A stretch of DNA of 64,000 nucleotides, taken from NCBI GenBank assembly GCA_020891255.1, contig BQFW01000013.1, forward strand, positions 1,860,001 through 1,924,000, read 5' to 3'. The DNA comes from Entomortierella parvispora E1425. Lineage: Eukaryota > Fungi > Mortierellomycota. The notes beneath the pieces were generated by a model. The model ran no database searches and was not told where the DNA came from. It saw nothing but the letters and a program-made list of their open reading frames with translations. Positions 45,989 to 58,699 of this stretch are shown here, piece by piece. Every line of letters starts with the position of its first letter. Position 1 is the first letter of the stretch. The position numbers and the translations under genes were made by a program.

Positions 45989-48900
45989 TTAACGTCGATC
46001 ACGCTCACGTTCGCGCTCACGTTCGCGCCGTTCCCGTTCCCGTTCGCGCGCACTGCTGCTCACCAAGCCTGTCACCACCACATCCGATGCGCCTCTAGCG
46101 CCGCTGCCGCTGCCACTTCCAGCACCTCGCTTCCGAAAATGGACGACATCATCGTTCTCCTCCTGGGCACGATGGTTGGACTGCTGGTAGTCACCATCTT
46201 CATCTTCATCAGCATCCTGCTCTCGGCCATAGCCACGACGTCCATTGCTGGTTTGATATCCTCCACTTTGTGAACCCGACTCGCGACTGGACGATGAGCC
46301 AAAGGCGCTTTGTCGACGCATTTCATAGTCTTTTTGGGGATCGGATGATTTGCCCCTCGACGGTGATGAGGACGATGTCACTCCTGAGGAGGCTTGCTGG
46401 TTTCGACGGCTGGAGCCACGGTCATCATTGTAGGACAGACTGGAGCTAGTATCTTTATGATCTGAAGATCGGCGGCGACTGTCGTTGCGGCTGGAAGAGG
46501 AGGAATAGTCATCTTGGCGATCTTCCTTCCTGGACGATTCTTCCCGACGTTGGCTGTGGTGGTCACGATCGCGATCGTTTCTGGAGGATCGAGAGGAGGA
46601 CCAGCTCTGCCCACCTTGTCTGTCACGATCTTCAGGTTCTCGCGAGCGATAGTCCCTATCCCTCTCTCTATAATCACGGCGATCTCTATCCCGGTCCCTT
46701 CCTCCTTCTCGGTCGTTCTCCCGATCTCTGTATTCTCTTCCGCCACGGCTCTCACGATGGCGACTGGAGTCTCGCTCTGGTGTGTCACGCCCTGCTCTAT
46801 CACTTCTAGCCTTGCTGGTCGATCGATTACGAGGAGACAGCGATCGAACACTACTCGATTCCCGCTCTAAAACTCGAGGACCTTTAGGGATATCGTAGGT
46901 GTCGCTTCCACTCTTGAGGTTGTCTGCACGGGGACCCTTTGGAATGTCATCTTCCACACCCGCGCGTGGCCCCTTAGGGATGTCATCGTCAAATGAAGGT
47001 CTACACTCAGATCAAGATAAAAGAGATCGGCGTTAGTGATAGATGCTCCTGGCTTTACAAACGATAGCTCTCGGCCATAATACTGTACCTTCTGGCTCCA
47101 CGTGGTCCCTTGGGAACCTCGCTCATATCGTCATCTCGATCATCAAATCTATTTTGGCCACTTGCATTTTTACGATCCGAGTCTCCCAAGGCAGCAGGTT
47201 TTGTTGGGGGCTCATCCAGCCCGGAGCCTTGCGATGGGCCTGAAGGGGCGGGACTTGAATAGCCACGTCCCCGACCTCCTGGGGCCATAGGTGGCTGACT
47301 TGGATGGTTATCGTTCCAGTTTCCACGTCCTCGGCCGCGTCCCCGACCAGCTGAGTTATCTCCAAATCCAATACGAGGCGTTGGGAATCCAGGACCCATA
47401 GGAGGCAGACCAGGCAAACCTTGGCCCATGCCCCACATCTCTGGTCCTCCCATTGGCGCGCCTGGCATACCGCCATAAGGAGGAATGAATCCTGGCTGCA
47501 TCATATATGGTGGAACTCCGTTAGGTCCATTAAAGAAAGCTGGGTCCATGAACATGGCAGGGTCTTGCTGCATCATATCTAGTAAGTGGACGTAAAAGAT
47601 GTTATCATTTTCGATTAGAGATCAATTCAATTAAAAAGCTCTTCATGAGAAGATGAGAAGACAGGATTATGATTTCCACATACCGAAGAGCACAGGTGGA
47701 ATGCCATCGGCCATCCCATTGGGGCCATTCATGTTGTTGCCCATATTTGCGACTCCTGGTCCAGACTCTGTGGGTCGATTTCTGTTAAAGTTCTGTTGAT
47801 TGTAGCCACCAGTATTGTTCCCCCCACCGTAGTTGTTGTTCACATTATTGGGCCTTTTATTCTTCCAGTGATCACCGCCATTGTCCTGAGAGTCATTCGA
47901 CAGTCGCCTTTTAGGTTTAGCAGAGTTGTCCTGTCCTTCCATGTTAGAGCCGGAGCGGTCGGGCATGTGGGACGAGTCTACATGTGGGTTAGCAGCTGGT
48001 GCTGAGGATCCCATGTCGTCCGTTTCATTTCGCCTATTCTTCGCCCAATCTCGGAGATGCTGTTCCACGCGATGACGGAGATCGATGCTTGGGATAAGTT
48101 GATCCGGTACCAAATATCTTCGGCAATGTTGACATTTGAAAGGCTCTTCACCCTTTGGAGGTTGAACAAGGTAGTTTCGAATGCCTATGGGGCGAATGGA
48201 AAAGGATAAGTTTAAACATGGATTCTCATTATTTTCTTCATCCATCGACCAACCATTCTGACTGTCTTACACTCATCACAAAAGTTTGTCCCGCAGCATG
48301 GAGCCTTGACAGCTCCCTTCAAAATCAAGTGACAAATAGGGCACCGCATTGAGTCTGGGACAGGCGCAGTGGCATACGCCTCATCCGATGTCAGGGTTCC
48401 TTTGGATTTTTCATGAAACTTTTTCCATTCGTAACTAGATGAGCAAAAACAGATTTTGATTAGTAATCTTGATAGCTTCCCACAAAATAGCAACGACAAC
48501 GTCTATTAGCAAGCAATCCACGTACTCGTTAGTGGTGGCGACAACCAAGTTTCCATCCTGGGTAACCATGACGCCCTTTTTGCTCTGGAGAGTATCGCTC
48601 TCGACTGTTTTCAGGAAGGATCTGGGGATACCAGTAGTCTTTTTGATTCCGATCGGTTCAAATGACTTGTCGTTATTGGTTGGACAAAACTGGATCCAAT
48701 GCTCTCCTTTTTTACCGCATCTGTAGCAGACATAGGTATTTGGAGGTGGGCGTTGTTGTTGGTCCATAGCTGGTCTATTGAACGAAGACTGTCCCGACTG
48801 AGGAGCTCCAGGTGCGCCGGGGCCGCCCGCTGGTTTTCCTCCCGCAGCAGGTGTGTTCCTGGTAGCGCCCTGGAACTTTGCAAGTGGACGAAAAGGTGCA

Positions 48901-49890
48901 CTATTATTGTGGGATAGAGGTGATGAGCTCGACCGAAATAGAGATGTGTGGCCACGCTGCAGTCAGGGAGGACTGTGGATGCAATTTTTTTCTTACCTAG
49001 CCATTCCTTCCTGTGTTTTGTCCCAGTAAGAGGCAGACTGTTCAAAGACGTGCTTCATACGCTCCTCTTCGGTCATGTTGGACATGTCCACTGCTGGTGG
49101 TGGTGGACCATCCTGTGGCAAAAGTGATGTTGTATTTTTATAAACCTATCATTTGGTAACAAGGAAGAGAAATGTTAGACCCCTAGCAGGTGCCGATCCA
49201 ACTCGCAATATGCCACAACAAAATAGTAGCTCGAACCCACCTGACTGCCACCCATCGGTTCACGGGTAGGGTTCTGACCAGGTCGCTCAAACACATTCCG
49301 AGTCATGCCTCCACCGCGGGGGGTTGGACCTGAGCCCTCGAGATAACGCTGAGCACCGCCTCTACCGGGTCTTGCAGGCACACGTGCGACCAAAATGGAG
49401 GTATTTCTGGGGATCAAGGCAGCGTCGTCATAATACTCTAGATGTCACAAGAGTGGGGTGAGTAGGGGTTGAGAGAAGGAAATCGAAAATCGCAGAGGCG
49501 AAAGTACTGAGCATGAAGGTTGTGATCAACAAAAAAAATGATGTATGCCTCTTGAAAGAATACAAGAGACAACCAAAGAGCCGTGGACAAGATGGAGAGG
49601 GTTCTCGTTCGATTCTTCGTGTTTTTTTTTTCTTTATTCGGATACAGGACAACAGACAGGGTAGACAGAGCGTAGAACGAGATGAGGCAAGAAGAGATGA
49701 GACTGAGCACATAGAACAAGATATTACCCTCTCCTGATTCAGCATGAGTGAGAGCCAGATCATCAGGACCCTTGAGGCCCTTGGCAATCAGAATCTCCTT
49801 CTTCAGGTCAAAGACAGAGATGGAGTGGCCATCAAAGGTGGCAGAGTCGTAGTCTTTCGAGGACTTGAACTTGTAGTGGACCTGAGACAT
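45989..49890 (-). CDS. MPE1: Cleavage/polyadenylation factor Mpe1/RBBP6 (DWNN, zinc knuckle, RING/U-box, RS/RD-rich tail), multi-exon
   Basis: MSQVHYKFKSSKDY...ISVFDLKKEI; PPPNTYVCYRCGKKGEHWIQFCPTN; KKTTGIPRSFL; CPICHLILKGAVKAPCCGTNFCDEC. Confidence 0.93.
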
Positions 49891-50195
49891 TCTGGCTGCG
49901 CCTTCTGAACTGAAGCAAGGAAATGTCGAGAGATCGGCAACAGCACGATGAGGATGAGGGAAGAAGAGTAGGGATGAGGAAGAGGAAAATGAAAGGGGGA
50001 GAGGATGTGAAGAATGAATGAATCAAAAGCAACATGAAAATAGAAATGCATGCGGTTGAACGGATCGCGTGTGCTGGGTTTCTGGTGGCTTAGATCTTTA
50101 GTGAGTGTGACAGTCTGGCACAGCACACGGTTTATTGGTTCGCACTTTTTTTACATTGCGTAGATAAGGGAAGCACAGGATCATGGACGCGTGCT

Positions 50196-51203
50196 TTAAA
50201 GCTCGGCGTGCAAGATCTCGTCCGAGGGCATCTCGAGTTCGCCCGAGGCAGCGATCGTGACGGCAACCTTGGGACGATCGCCCGAGGCGGTAGGGGTGTT
50301 CTCAATGGCGGTAACAACATCCATGCCCTCAACAACAGTGCCGAAAACGACATGGCGACCATCCAACCAGGCAGTCTTGACAGTGGTGATGAAGAACTGA
50401 GATCCGTTAGTGTCCTTGCCAGAGTTGGCCATGCTCAAAATACCGGGGCCGGTGTGGCGAAGCTTGAAGTTCTCATCCTCAAACTTGGTACCGTAGATCG
50501 ACTTTCCACCAGTGCCGTTGCCAGCAGTGAAATCACCCTAGTGAGGAGAAAGAAAAGAATGGTAAGGATATGTCCCCCGGCAATGCAGACTATTAAAACA
50601 AAAAGCATTGCATTTCATCTTCCAGACATACTCCTTGAATCATGAATTGCTATTAGTGGAGAAAGGATAGACAAAAAAAACCGTTGGTCAATTCAGGAGG
50701 TTGGCGGACAAATTATCGATCAACTGATGCCGAGGGAGAAGGGAAAAGTCTCTGTACCTTAATAACGCGGTGGAAGGAAGAGCCGGCATAACCGAAACCC
50801 TTGGAGCCCTTGGCGAGCTCAAGGAAGTTCTCGGCAGTCTTGGGAACAGTCTATGCAATGGACACGGTAACAAGTACGGTAATGATGAATAAACGCCCTG
50901 AGGGTCATCTAACAATCGGTCCGAGAGGTCAAATGACTTGTACCTTTCCAAAGAGTCCAATGACGATGCGACCCATGGGCTTGCCATCCTGCTCAATGTC
51001 AAAGTAGACTACAGAATCAACAGCGACATTAAACAGCGGTTAGTAAAGTTGGCCATGAAAAGTGAGCGAGGATGTCGTCATGGGAGCCCGGAGTTGTTGA
51101 CTGTACCCTTGTTGGTGATGACGGGTCCCTTGGCAGCCTGAGCAGTGACAGCCAGGACGACGACGGCCATGAAGAAGACGAGAGCGCGTTTAAAGGAGAC
51201 CAT
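50196..51203 (-). CDS. CPR5: ER cyclophilin B (peptidyl-prolyl isomerase), multi-exon
   Basis: Signal peptide [23 protein letters not shown]; [32 protein letters not shown]; C-terminal HAEL ER-retention-like signal. Confidence 0.93.
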
Positions 51204-51330
51204 GATGAATAATGGGAACGGATGGATTGGATTGAAGAACAGATGATGAGAACACAGAGGAGTTTTTATGCAAAAGGAGGCAGGAACGGAAATCCATTTG
51301 ACGTGGGCTTCTGGGACAGGTCGGAGTTTA

Positions 51331-52679
51331 TTAAGGATTTGACTGGTCGAGTTTGATGCCAGGGGTAGCATGCTGCCTCAGCTCAATGCCTGCCTTGCGG
51401 AACACCTCTGCCGTGAGGTCGTCCATGCCATACGACTCTGAGTAGACAACTTGGCTGACGCCCACCTGCACAATCTTGATGGCACATCCGAGGCAAGGGC
51501 AGGTGTTGCAGTAGATCGTGCTTTCCTTCCCCACACGCTCCCGTCCGGCCTCCAACAGAGCGTTCTCTTCCGCATGCATGCACAGACACCGATCCAGTCC
51601 TTTGCCACAGGGCGTTGCCTGGTTGCATCGATTACAGCCCCCATCGTTACAGTTGGTCAAGTTCTTGGGTGTGCCATTGTAGCCCGTGGCTATCACTCGT
51701 TTCTCCCGTACAAGGACACATCCAACGCGTCGCTTCATGCAGTTGGACCGGCGTGCTGCCAAGTTGGCTAGATACATGAAGTAAGAGTCCCAGGAAGGTC
51801 GCAGCAGATCTGGATTGGTAATATCAAGTCCAAGGAGGGCAGTTTTCAGCGGCGCGAGGTCATCCCATGGGTTGAGCAAAGCCAGATCGCTCATAGACAG
51901 CAGCTTGTAGGGTGGGGGTTGTTGTAGTGAAGCAGATTGTGAGGTCAACATGAAATGGGGGACTGGTGTGGGTTCCGTAGATGACGTGGCTGTGGACAGA
52001 GGCGATTCGCGGTCAAAAAGCTCAGCTGAGGAACCAGATTCCGGAGAAGATACGAGAGACGACGTTATTGAAGAGGGCGAGGAGGTCATGGGTGGGCTGG
52101 TGTACAGAAAGTTGTCCGTGTCTTCGACAAACTCCTCCAGGGAAAGCTCTGGCTCGCCGAATGCTCTGCGTCTATGTTCATGTAAATAGGAGATCAAAGA
52201 AGTGTTAAGAACGGTTGCCGGAATATGGCAGGGGATCGGTCCTCTCCTCGTGTTTGTCCTCCATACCTTGCGACACATCGGCGGTAGCGCACCATCATTG
52301 GGCTCTCTACTGACAACAGCAAGAAGAAGGGTCGCTTTCGGAACGTAGCGATCCCTTGGACTGTGTTGACATCGCAGGTTGCAAAGTGCTCCATCCAATT
52401 GAGAGTGACATGGTCCAGCATAGCCTCTATGGTTCTGAACACAAGTCTCGGCCGATTAGGCGAAGGGGTTTGTCTTGCAACCGTTGGATTCGCATTCCTG
52501 GATTCATCTGATGTGTTGTCCTGATGCTGGAGTTGCAGGCGAGAGTCAAACTCGGGGATCAGGTCTTCTGTGGACGGCGCGCTGCTCAGGTACAAGCTAG
52601 TGAATCCATACAGGTCGGCGAGCATGTTCATGACCTCATGCTTGCCGCTGTGAGTAGGACCGACAATCCCTACAAACAT
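51331..52679 (-). CDS. DCD1: dCMP deaminase with N-terminal P-loop-like domain
   Basis: MFVGIVGPTHSGKHEV; RPSWDSYFMYLANLAARRSNCMKRRVG; GYNGTP; CLCMHAEENAL; TCPCLGCAIKIVQVG. Confidence 0.93.
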
Positions 52680-52938
52680 GCTGATGATTGTTGTCCTTGG
52701 GCGTGCGTGCTGCAGATGGTGATCGCGCTGGGTCTGCGGGATCCTGTGAACCTGTAAACCTGAAGGTCTTTCCTTCAGTGTCCAGGCGACCCCACAGACC
52801 AAAAGTGGCATGCCAAGCCACCCAGAGCCCTTTTTTTTTTTCTTCCATGCTGTTCACGAGAGTGTTCATCATCTCCTTTTCCTCCTTGCTGTCCATCCTC
52901 TTCTCTTCGGAAAGCGACCTTTGCCTTCGATAATCACC

Positions 52939-52989
52939 ATGACCCGCGGATTGCAAAAGGTAAAAATGTGCCAGGATCAGATTCTCCTC

Positions 52990-53020
<31 letters not shown>

Positions 53021-53570
53021 GTCCCATGCATGGTCAGTTCCGAAGGTCAAGCTAACCATCCTTGTCTTTCATCCATTCCGTCGTTGTTTATGATACCTTG
53101 CATCTCTCTGCCCCTGCATATGCCGTTCATCACAGCAACAAGCCAGGTATGATGAAATGTTGTATAATGTTATGGATCTGATTGGGCAATGACCATCCTG
53201 AGAATGAAGCAACGAGGTTGATAACCTGCTGCGCCCAGCACAAAGTGAATTTCGCATTAAAAACATGTCCTTGGTGCACTTTCCCTCTGTAGAGCCAACG
53301 CTGATAAGCGCGCTGCTGCCCATGCCCCTCCAAAGTCGCAGCTCAAGGCCATGGCTGAAGGCAACAAGTTCAAGTGCCCCAAGTGCATGGTAACGTTTTT
53401 TTGTCGGAAAATATTGGTTCAAACATTCCGTGATCAATTGGATCCTATTTTTCACACTCTTCTCTTTCAATCTCTAGCTCATGATTGCCAACTACAAGCT
53501 GGTTGTCCAACACATGGAGGCCAAGCACCCGAAGGAAGTCATTCCGTCAGAGGCGTCCTTCAATGCTTAG
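52939..53570 (+). CDS. Small 4F5/SERF plus C2H2 zinc-finger protein (ZNF706-like), 4 exons including an 11-nt micro-exon
   Basis: Manual splice gives MTRGLQK|QQAR|ANADKRAAAHAPPKSQLKAMAEGNKFKCPKCM|LMIANYKLVVQHMEAKHPKEVIPSEASFNA* (73 aa; micro-exon 53136-53146). Confidence 0.85.
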
Positions 53571-53660
53571 AAGATCATTCAAGTGCTGGATCATATTAAT
53601 TGCAATGAATTGGACTTCATTAACGCGTGCCCATGATATACAAAAGTCTATAAAAATCTC

Positions 53661-56227
53661 TTAAAGCTGCATCCCTGTTTGAGATCGATGACCGCGGATA
53701 GGCGCCATTTTCCTTTGGTTGTGAATCAGTTCGTTCATAAAGCTGTGAAGTCGCGTAGTGGAATAATAGTAGTCATTAGAGAAGGCAAAGTGGCGTTGTT
53801 AGTGTCAGTCTTGTAGCAGTTACTGCCAGAATTGAGCGAGTTGGGATCAAGCTTACCTCTGGCTATTGTGGATAGTGGTGCCACCAAGAATAATTCGTAC
53901 TCCTGGAGTTGCCGCGTTGATCATAGAAATATACCGTGCCTCCTCAAACGTAGCACCGCCCACCATAAATACGATCAGGTCCTGAGGTCGGTCGCGACTA
54001 GTTGTGCCCTCCACAAATGGATAGGTGCTTTCCTTGAGTCTCATCTTCAGAAGTTGCTCAATGATCTGTCCCAACTGAGGTTGATGCTGAGTGTATACGT
54101 TCTCCACACCCTATTGTAATTCAAGGGAGTTAAATGTCAAAAAGTGTCTCCTGAATCGGGCAAGGCGATGCTCTCAGTGACAAGTTGTTACCTTGAGTCC
54201 TTTCAAGGCGCTTCTTCCTCTTGAAAGGATGCTCTCATTCGAAAACAAATCATCCTGCCGTTGGGACGCGCCTCCGTATTGCATCAGGGTATCTAGACAC
54301 TATTTCATAGATATCGAGGCGAAAAACAGAAAAAAAAGATTATTTTGTCAGCGAGAAGCCACTGCAAAGTTGAACATCCAATAATATAGCGAAGCTTACG
54401 CTGATCTCTCGCTCGCTCAATCCATTTTTGTAAAGCAAGTCAATCAAGGAGGCGACGGCATTTCCCTGGAATTTTTCATAGCGCAAAGAGTACAGTTGCA
54501 CAAGTCGGATTTTGCTAGCGTCGCTCACTTTCGGGCTGCTGATCAGTCTTTGCAGGTTCTATAATCGCACCAAGACGTTAGTAATGGAGCATATCAAAAA
54601 TCCATCTGATATACAGTCCAATAGTGTAGCTTTACCTTGAGGTCATTGTTGTGAGAATCAGTGCATGCAAGACTCTGCTCCAACTCGGACACCTCCAGCA
54701 CATTGCCTTGGTCCACCAGTCTGCTCAGTTCTCCCACCAGCGTCACATGCTTGGAGACATTGCCGGAAAGCTTCCTGAACTCAGGGTAGTCCTCCACGAA
54801 CCGCTTCATATCGGCAATCGACTCGATATTCATGTTCGACTTTGTCTTTGTTTGGTATTCATCCACGTAGCTCTTGATGTTTGCTCCAAGATCTCCAAGG
54901 TTGAGGAACATGTTCTTGCTGAAGTAGGCATCCTGGTCACACGACAGAACAATTTCCTGAAAAAATAAATAATATAATTTAGTCGGGGCTCCATCCAGAC
55001 AGAGTACAGACAATCGCGTCAAAGCATCATACCTTCAGCTCAGGTTTGATCCCCGGCACGTTCGACAGATCCACACGCCCATTTCGAATGCCAATCAGCT
55101 CATGCACCATTGCTTGGTATGTCCACTGCGAAAGCAAAGGGGTGACAGGATCATTCCGGCGGTCCAGCACAAGTAAAATTGGTGGGGTATCCGCCTTCCT
55201 GAAGTCAAAGAGCTGGCCCTCTTGTTGGATTTGAAACTAAGGTGTAGATTTGAGGGGACATGATTGTCTTGTCAAGGCCTGCCTCCAAGCTCATTTTTTC
55301 AACTTTACAGAAAATGAACAATACCTGGACTTCGGTTGCCAGTCTCTTCGCCATGGCGCTCTGTTTCTGGTATCGAATGAGTGGTTTCTTCTTCAAGGAC
55401 AGCAGTAATCCCATTAATCCATCGACTGTCCGGTTGAAGCTGCTCGGATCCCAGGTTGTCCACGAATCTCCATATAAGGGTGACATTTCTGGGTCGAGGT
55501 TGATCGAGAAACAGTCGGGATTGATGGCATAATAGTCGGCGTAATATTCCTATTCAAAGAAAGTAGCATGAGTAAGATTCACATCAAGCCATCGACAGTA
55601 GGCACCATAAAAGAAAAAAAGGAGAAGAGCATTGATACCTGGACTTCGCGAACGACTTCGTGCTCATCCATCTCTGCCAGTCGCTCAATTGCAGTCTTTT
55701 TGATACGGTTGCTGAAATCTATGTCGCATCCGAGCGTTAGTTTCTGATGGTGACGCCTGATTCGAATGAATGGAGGCGGTGTAGCATCAAGCAGTAGTGA
55801 AAATAGAAAGCAAAATCCATACAGAGGTAGTAGTCTCCATAGCAGGGGTCCCGCAGTTCCTGAATCAGCTTCTCGATAGAGTCGTTTGTGGGTCGCAGAA
55901 AGCAGACACACTTGAGATGACGCATCTTATCTCTGGAGCTGTTCTCTATCCTGTCAACAAGGTAAGTCTCTTTTTGCAACAGATGAGATTGCGTTGCGAC
56001 CATGGAGATGATGGGTGTCTATCGGGTTCAGGGCAAACGACGACATTAGTGCACATTCGGGCATGCATGGTTGCATGCATCAATGTCTCGTTTCCTCGGG
56101 AGCAATTGGGGCGATGATGCAACAAGACTGTTATTACCGTCTCCTCATCCAACAAGAGGACTTTCATGCCCGGCGTGTCGCCGAGCATTTTGTCAATGTA
56201 GAACTGCAGTGCAGTGATGGCATTCAT
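53661..56227 (-). CDS. VPS45: Sec1/Munc18 protein Vps45, multi-exon
   Basis: [15 protein letters not shown]...[11 protein letters not shown]; [11 protein letters not shown]...[11 protein letters not shown]; [13 protein letters not shown]; [19 protein letters not shown]; [18 protein letters not shown]; [12 protein letters not shown]; last exon ends GMQL* at 53661. Confidence 0.95.
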
Positions 56228-56332
56228 TTCCTGCGGTGTGGCGAGAACGTGGTTGAAGGAAAGAGGAGAGCATGCCAAGAGCCGAAAGAAGTGCTGGCAG
56301 GGTCACGTGCCCAGTGCTCGACGCGTTCTTTT

Positions 56333-57355
56333 TTATTTCAAAAATGGTTTGGTATTGTTTTTCGGGTAGTTTCCTAAGAGACCGTTCCTGTTATTACCAT
56401 TGCCAGCGTTAAGATTGAACTGGGGGAGGATAGGAAGTGGGTTCGCCAATGCCGATGAGGTGGCTGCGCTGAGGTACGTCATGTTTCCAAGGAAATCTTG
56501 CTTTTGACTGCGTTCTTCCTCGAGTTTGTGCCATTGCAAAAATTGATTGAACTCGACTTGCTGCTGGGGTGTCAAGAGCAAATCCATCCCGCCAGGACTA
56601 GATACCATCTTCTCAACCAACTGAGGGTCACGCTGAAACGCCAACGTAAACAAGTCGGCACGGTCAGGGTCCTTTCGTTGACTGGAGCGATGTTGCTGCC
56701 GTCGAAGAAGCCACTCCAGCAAGAGCTCTTGCTGTTTTTGCTGCTCCTGCTGTCTCTCTTGATTCTCTTGGAACTGTTGGAACCGTCGAAGGTCCTGCTC
56801 ATGCTTGTTTCGTTTTTCGAGCTCTTGTTGGTATCGAACCAATTCCGCTTGTTTCTGTTGTTCGTCTCGCTGCTGCTGCGCCAACTGCTCTTGGTACTGG
56901 ATATAGGATTGGAGTTGCAAAAATTCCTGGGGGTATTCACCAGCAAAGGCCGTCACATGGTTCAGGAAACTGTGAGCGTTCGTCGTTTGCAATTGATGGA
57001 GGAATTGCAGATATTTAAACCGAGACGCTTCCTGTTCATGTTGTAGGGCCAGCTCGCGTTGGAACATCCAAGGAGCCGCACCCTGTGCAATAGCTTGGGC
57101 GGCGGCAGCAACTGGGGGAAGTGGCCTGAAGAGGGAGGGTGGGTCAGACAGCAACGGGGATGCGTTTTCGAATGGGTCAGCAGTGGACGGGTCACATCGC
57201 AAAAGATATTCAAGGTCTACATCCATAAAGGACTGTCTTGTCATACGACGAAGCATTCGTGGGGTTTGGGCCTGTCCGGAGCTAGGACCTTCGTGACCAG
57301 GGACGACGCGATGACGACTTTGGAGAGGCTTTTTCTGCGAAAGTTGCGGCTTCAT
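56333..57355 (-). CDS. Hypothetical Gln-rich coiled-coil protein (340 aa)
   Basis: Long single ORF with Q/E/R-biased helical composition; TATA-like GTATAAAG about 110 bp upstream; no recognisable domain. Confidence 0.55.
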   Translation of the reverse strand: MKPQLSQKKPLQSRHRVVPGHEGPSSGQAQTPRMLRRMTRQSFMDVDLEYLLRCDPSTADPFENASPLLSDPPSLFRPLPPVAAAAQAIAQGAAPWMFQRELALQHEQEASRFKYLQFLHQLQTTNAHSFLNHVTAFAGEYPQEFLQLQSYIQYQEQLAQQQRDEQQKQAELVRYQQELEKRNKHEQDLRRFQQFQENQERQQEQQKQQELLLEWLLRRQQHRSSQRKDPDRADLFTLAFQRDPQLVEKMVSSPGGMDLLLTPQQQVEFNQFLQWHKLEEERSQKQDFLGNMTYLSAATSSALANPLPILPQFNLNAGNGNNRNGLLGNYPKNNTKPFLK

Positions 57356-57949
57356 ACTGGCTTTCTTGATCGATGGTGGGTGGTGGAATTGGGTTGGAGG
57401 TCGAGGGGAATCTGAAAACTGTCTTGAGGCGAGGGCGGTGTTTTATTTTCAGGGCTACACCTTTATACTTCGCTTCATGCACAGCCACAAAAACGGAGGC
57501 GGCGGCATGTTAAATCTCATTTGACACTTATTTGAGAGCGTCATCCTGAGTTGACATGAATGGTTGCACAGTGCAGATTCTGCCTTATCGGGATTCTTCA
57601 AAAGTCGCAGTGTTCATTGCCTCACTCTTGTCTTCTGGTGCCGTTGACGAGCAGAGACCTAAGGCAATAGCAAAATTCCTAAACCCAGAGCAAATAAATC
57701 ATTCTCGCAGCGTCACAAAATGAGAGGCATCTGAGAAATGCCAATTTGATCATCCGTACTGGAGCATTGATTAATTAATTAATTAATCAATGTAAATACA
57801 AAATCAGTGATAGTCTGCGACGCAAAGATTTTTTTATTTATGCAGCGGAGGACGTTGTCTTTTCAATCATATAAGCTGTATCAGCAAGTGAGGCCCGAGA
57901 ATAGTGGTCAAGGGTAACGCCGTTACTATGAATTTCTGTCAGGCGGTGA

Positions 57950-58330
57950 ATATCCTCTTGAGCTCGAGTAGCAAGTTCGAGGCAGCTGGTGACAGCAGAC
58001 CTCATCATGACACCGGAGTCTCGCTTTCGGAGAGGAATGGGAAAAAGTTGCCCTTGGAGTGCAGTTTGTGACTTTCTGTGTGAGGATACGTGTCCAGTAA
58101 CTTGGAGAGGACCTCTCTTGATAAGAGACCCATCAACACCAGTGACCTTTTACGATAAACTTCTTCATGGCAGTCATTTCGTAATTGGAGTATGGCGTCC
58201 CAGTGCTGCAGGCAGAACACACCATGGAGTTCCGGGATGTTGATACAGCTGATTGTGCGGACGTGGCCGACTCAAGAATCTCGCATGGCCCGCACCAGCT
58301 TATGCTCGTCTTGGTGTTACTTTTGCATGT
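57950..58330 (-). pseudogene. Degenerate fragment paralogous to the NTPase region of the neighbouring Crinkler, inverted orientation
   Basis: Frame-hopping translation DEHKL...TGTPYSNYEMTAM / EEVYRKRSLVLMGLLSREVLSKLLDTYP aligns with the CRN segment DEHGKLF...TGTAHAKFEMTLLEESYRKTCVVFVGPLSKAVFLKILATHP. Contains stops and frameshifts. Confidence 0.7.
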
Positions 58331-58699
58331 CGAGGTTGTCTGCAAAGCCTCCTCACAGTTGTTGGATTGAAAGACACGGTCCAATATCGGGATTAAAGTT
58401 GGTCATTGCTTGGAGATAGCATGCCTCCTATCTTGCTTGTCGGAGAGAATCACTCTTTGATTCTCTTTTGAGGGCTCTTGACCTTGAAGAAATGTAATAT
58501 CTGGTAAGTTTAGTAAAGAATGGTGAACACATAAGTCAACACGGCCCAAGTAACAGCGCAGAAACAACTTTCCATGACGTCACAGTTATCATGTGGAGGT
58601 CACGTGCCGCTGGTTGCGCGTCTTCGCGTCATAATGAAATAATCTCTCAACACCACCATTCAATCCACTTTCTCTGCACTTCTCTGCACTTATTCATCC

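Noticed and set aside
23659-58606. Recurrent (G/A)TCACGTG E-box/Cbf1-like sites at about 23659, 33909, 33932, 56302 and 58599
   Set aside because: About 8 matches to this 7-mer (both strands) are expected by chance in 64 kb, so the count is not enriched, although the upstream placement is suggestive.
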